NCBI GenBank assembly: GCA_024231025.1
Contig: JAAEQW010000256.1
Coordinates: forward strand, 2,954-66,953
Direction: 5' to 3'
Source: Candidatus Omnitrophota bacterium
Lineage (GTDB): Bacteria; Omnitrophota; Gorgyraeia; Duberdicusellales; 4484-171
DNA length: 64,000 nucleotides
The translations under genes were made by a program, and so were the position numbers. The notes beneath the pieces were generated by a model, which saw only the letters and a program-made list of their open reading frames with translations, searched no databases and was not told where the DNA came from. Below, piece after piece: positions 63,405-64,000 of this stretch. Each line of letters starts with the position of its first letter. Position 1 is the first letter of the stretch.

Positions 63405-64000
63405 TGGCTAAACACAAAACCTATTTCAAGGTTTACAATAATCTTCTTTTCTATTCTCCAGATCCTGGTTTTGCTCACAAAACAAAAGTTTCGGGTGTTT
63501 GGTCTTTAGACAAAAAACACAATTTAATTTTTATTGTCGATGAATCACAAAATAGTGTTTTTGGTAAAACGATATCTTTTTCTACTCGAATTGAAAAGGC
63601 TTCTAAAGGAAAAATAGAATTCTCTATTTTGCATCGCTTAACCCCAACTTTAAAAAATGTTAAACGCATAAGTTTTAAGGGTAATTGGAAAACCACACCA
63701 AAAAATAAGCTAGCTTTTTCCGTTAGAGGCAATCGCGCCAAGGGGGAGTTTTTATTTAGCAACAATTATAAATTTAACAAGAACAACCAAATTACCTACA
63801 GCTATCGGCGAACACTAAGTAGAAAAAGTACAATAGATTCATTTATTCTAAGGGGCAAATGCAAGTTTTTGGGAAATGTTTTTAAATACAAATTAGAAAA
63901 TTCCACTAAACCATTGTTTAGCCGGTATCTGTCAATCGAGCGCAAAGTAATTAACCCCAAAGGAGGCAAGATTGATTTTACTCTTGGTCTTAGCGCAAAG
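63405..64000 (+). CDS. Hypothetical protein, 5' portion; the ORF runs off the window end
   Basis: Open frame from the ATG at 63405 to base 64000 with no stop. A beta-rich basic protein. Preferred over the antisense 96-aa ORF at 63475-63765. Confidence 0.35.

Noticed and set aside
63475-63765. 96-aa minus-strand ORF from the six-frame track
   Set aside because: It lies antisense to a longer + strand ORF that starts at 63405 right after leuA and runs off the window. It shows no Shine-Dalgarno or domain features and is most likely spurious.
1-64000. Scan for tRNA, rRNA, transposase, integrase, phage or toxin-antitoxin signatures
   Set aside because: None recognised. No cloverleaf-like GC-rich segments and no DDE, tyrosine or serine recombinase motifs. 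The repeats found are short non-coding elements, not IS elements.

Overview
This 64-kb window comes from an AT-rich, LPS-producing (diderm) bacterium. The gene content suggests an uncultivated anaerobe such as Omnitrophota, Elusimicrobia or a relative, but that phylum placement is inference. Genes are dense and almost all on the + strand.

The 5' third is housekeeping and envelope genes: the leuS 3' end, comEA/comEC, a BamD-like/LptE-like/HolA-like block, rpsT next to murJ, pilT, prfB (no programmed frameshift), secA, lnt, a CDF transporter, LpxL-family and LpxA acyltransferases, a ROK kinase, and a LacI regulator. A class II ribonucleotide reductase (nrdJ) sits behind two NrdR boxes. Next comes etfB, then etfA carrying an N-terminal ferredoxin domain, then smc, a GAF-GGDEF cyclase, queA, an EF-G paralog, purH, apgM, lysC, and a leuA/cimA-family synthase.

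A putative alpha-glucan island spans about 37.6-50.5 kb:
- a Lys-rich DUF4912 protein;
- three tandem GH57 enzymes;
- a DUF2934 mini-protein and an ACT protein;
- a GH1 beta-glucosidase;
- cNMP-binding and patatin modules;
- on the opposite strand, a ParA/MinD-type ATPase fused to a CBM48 glycogen-binding domain, with an upstream membrane-protein partner.

Two giant, divergently placed paralogous genes (24043-27747 +; 54668-58822 -) share a roughly 330-aa N-terminal domain I cannot assign to any family. It sits behind a signal-anchor and is followed by unrelated repeat-rich tails. Gene A carries a 7-bp x7 microsatellite inside the coding region, a candidate phase-variation switch. Gene B is bracketed by identical 31-bp direct repeats containing the perfect palindrome TTCTTGCAAGAA. 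It also contains a ~230-bp internal tandem duplication and an internal Tat-like motif.

Other structure:
- a family of ~150-bp palindromic CA-rich/TG-rich intergenic elements occurs three times;
- a tandem 46-bp hairpin repeat lies between etfB and etfA;
- strong TTGACA-17-TAnnnT promoters abut several start codons, implying leaderless mRNAs.

No rRNA, tRNA, CRISPR array, transposase or integrase was recognised.
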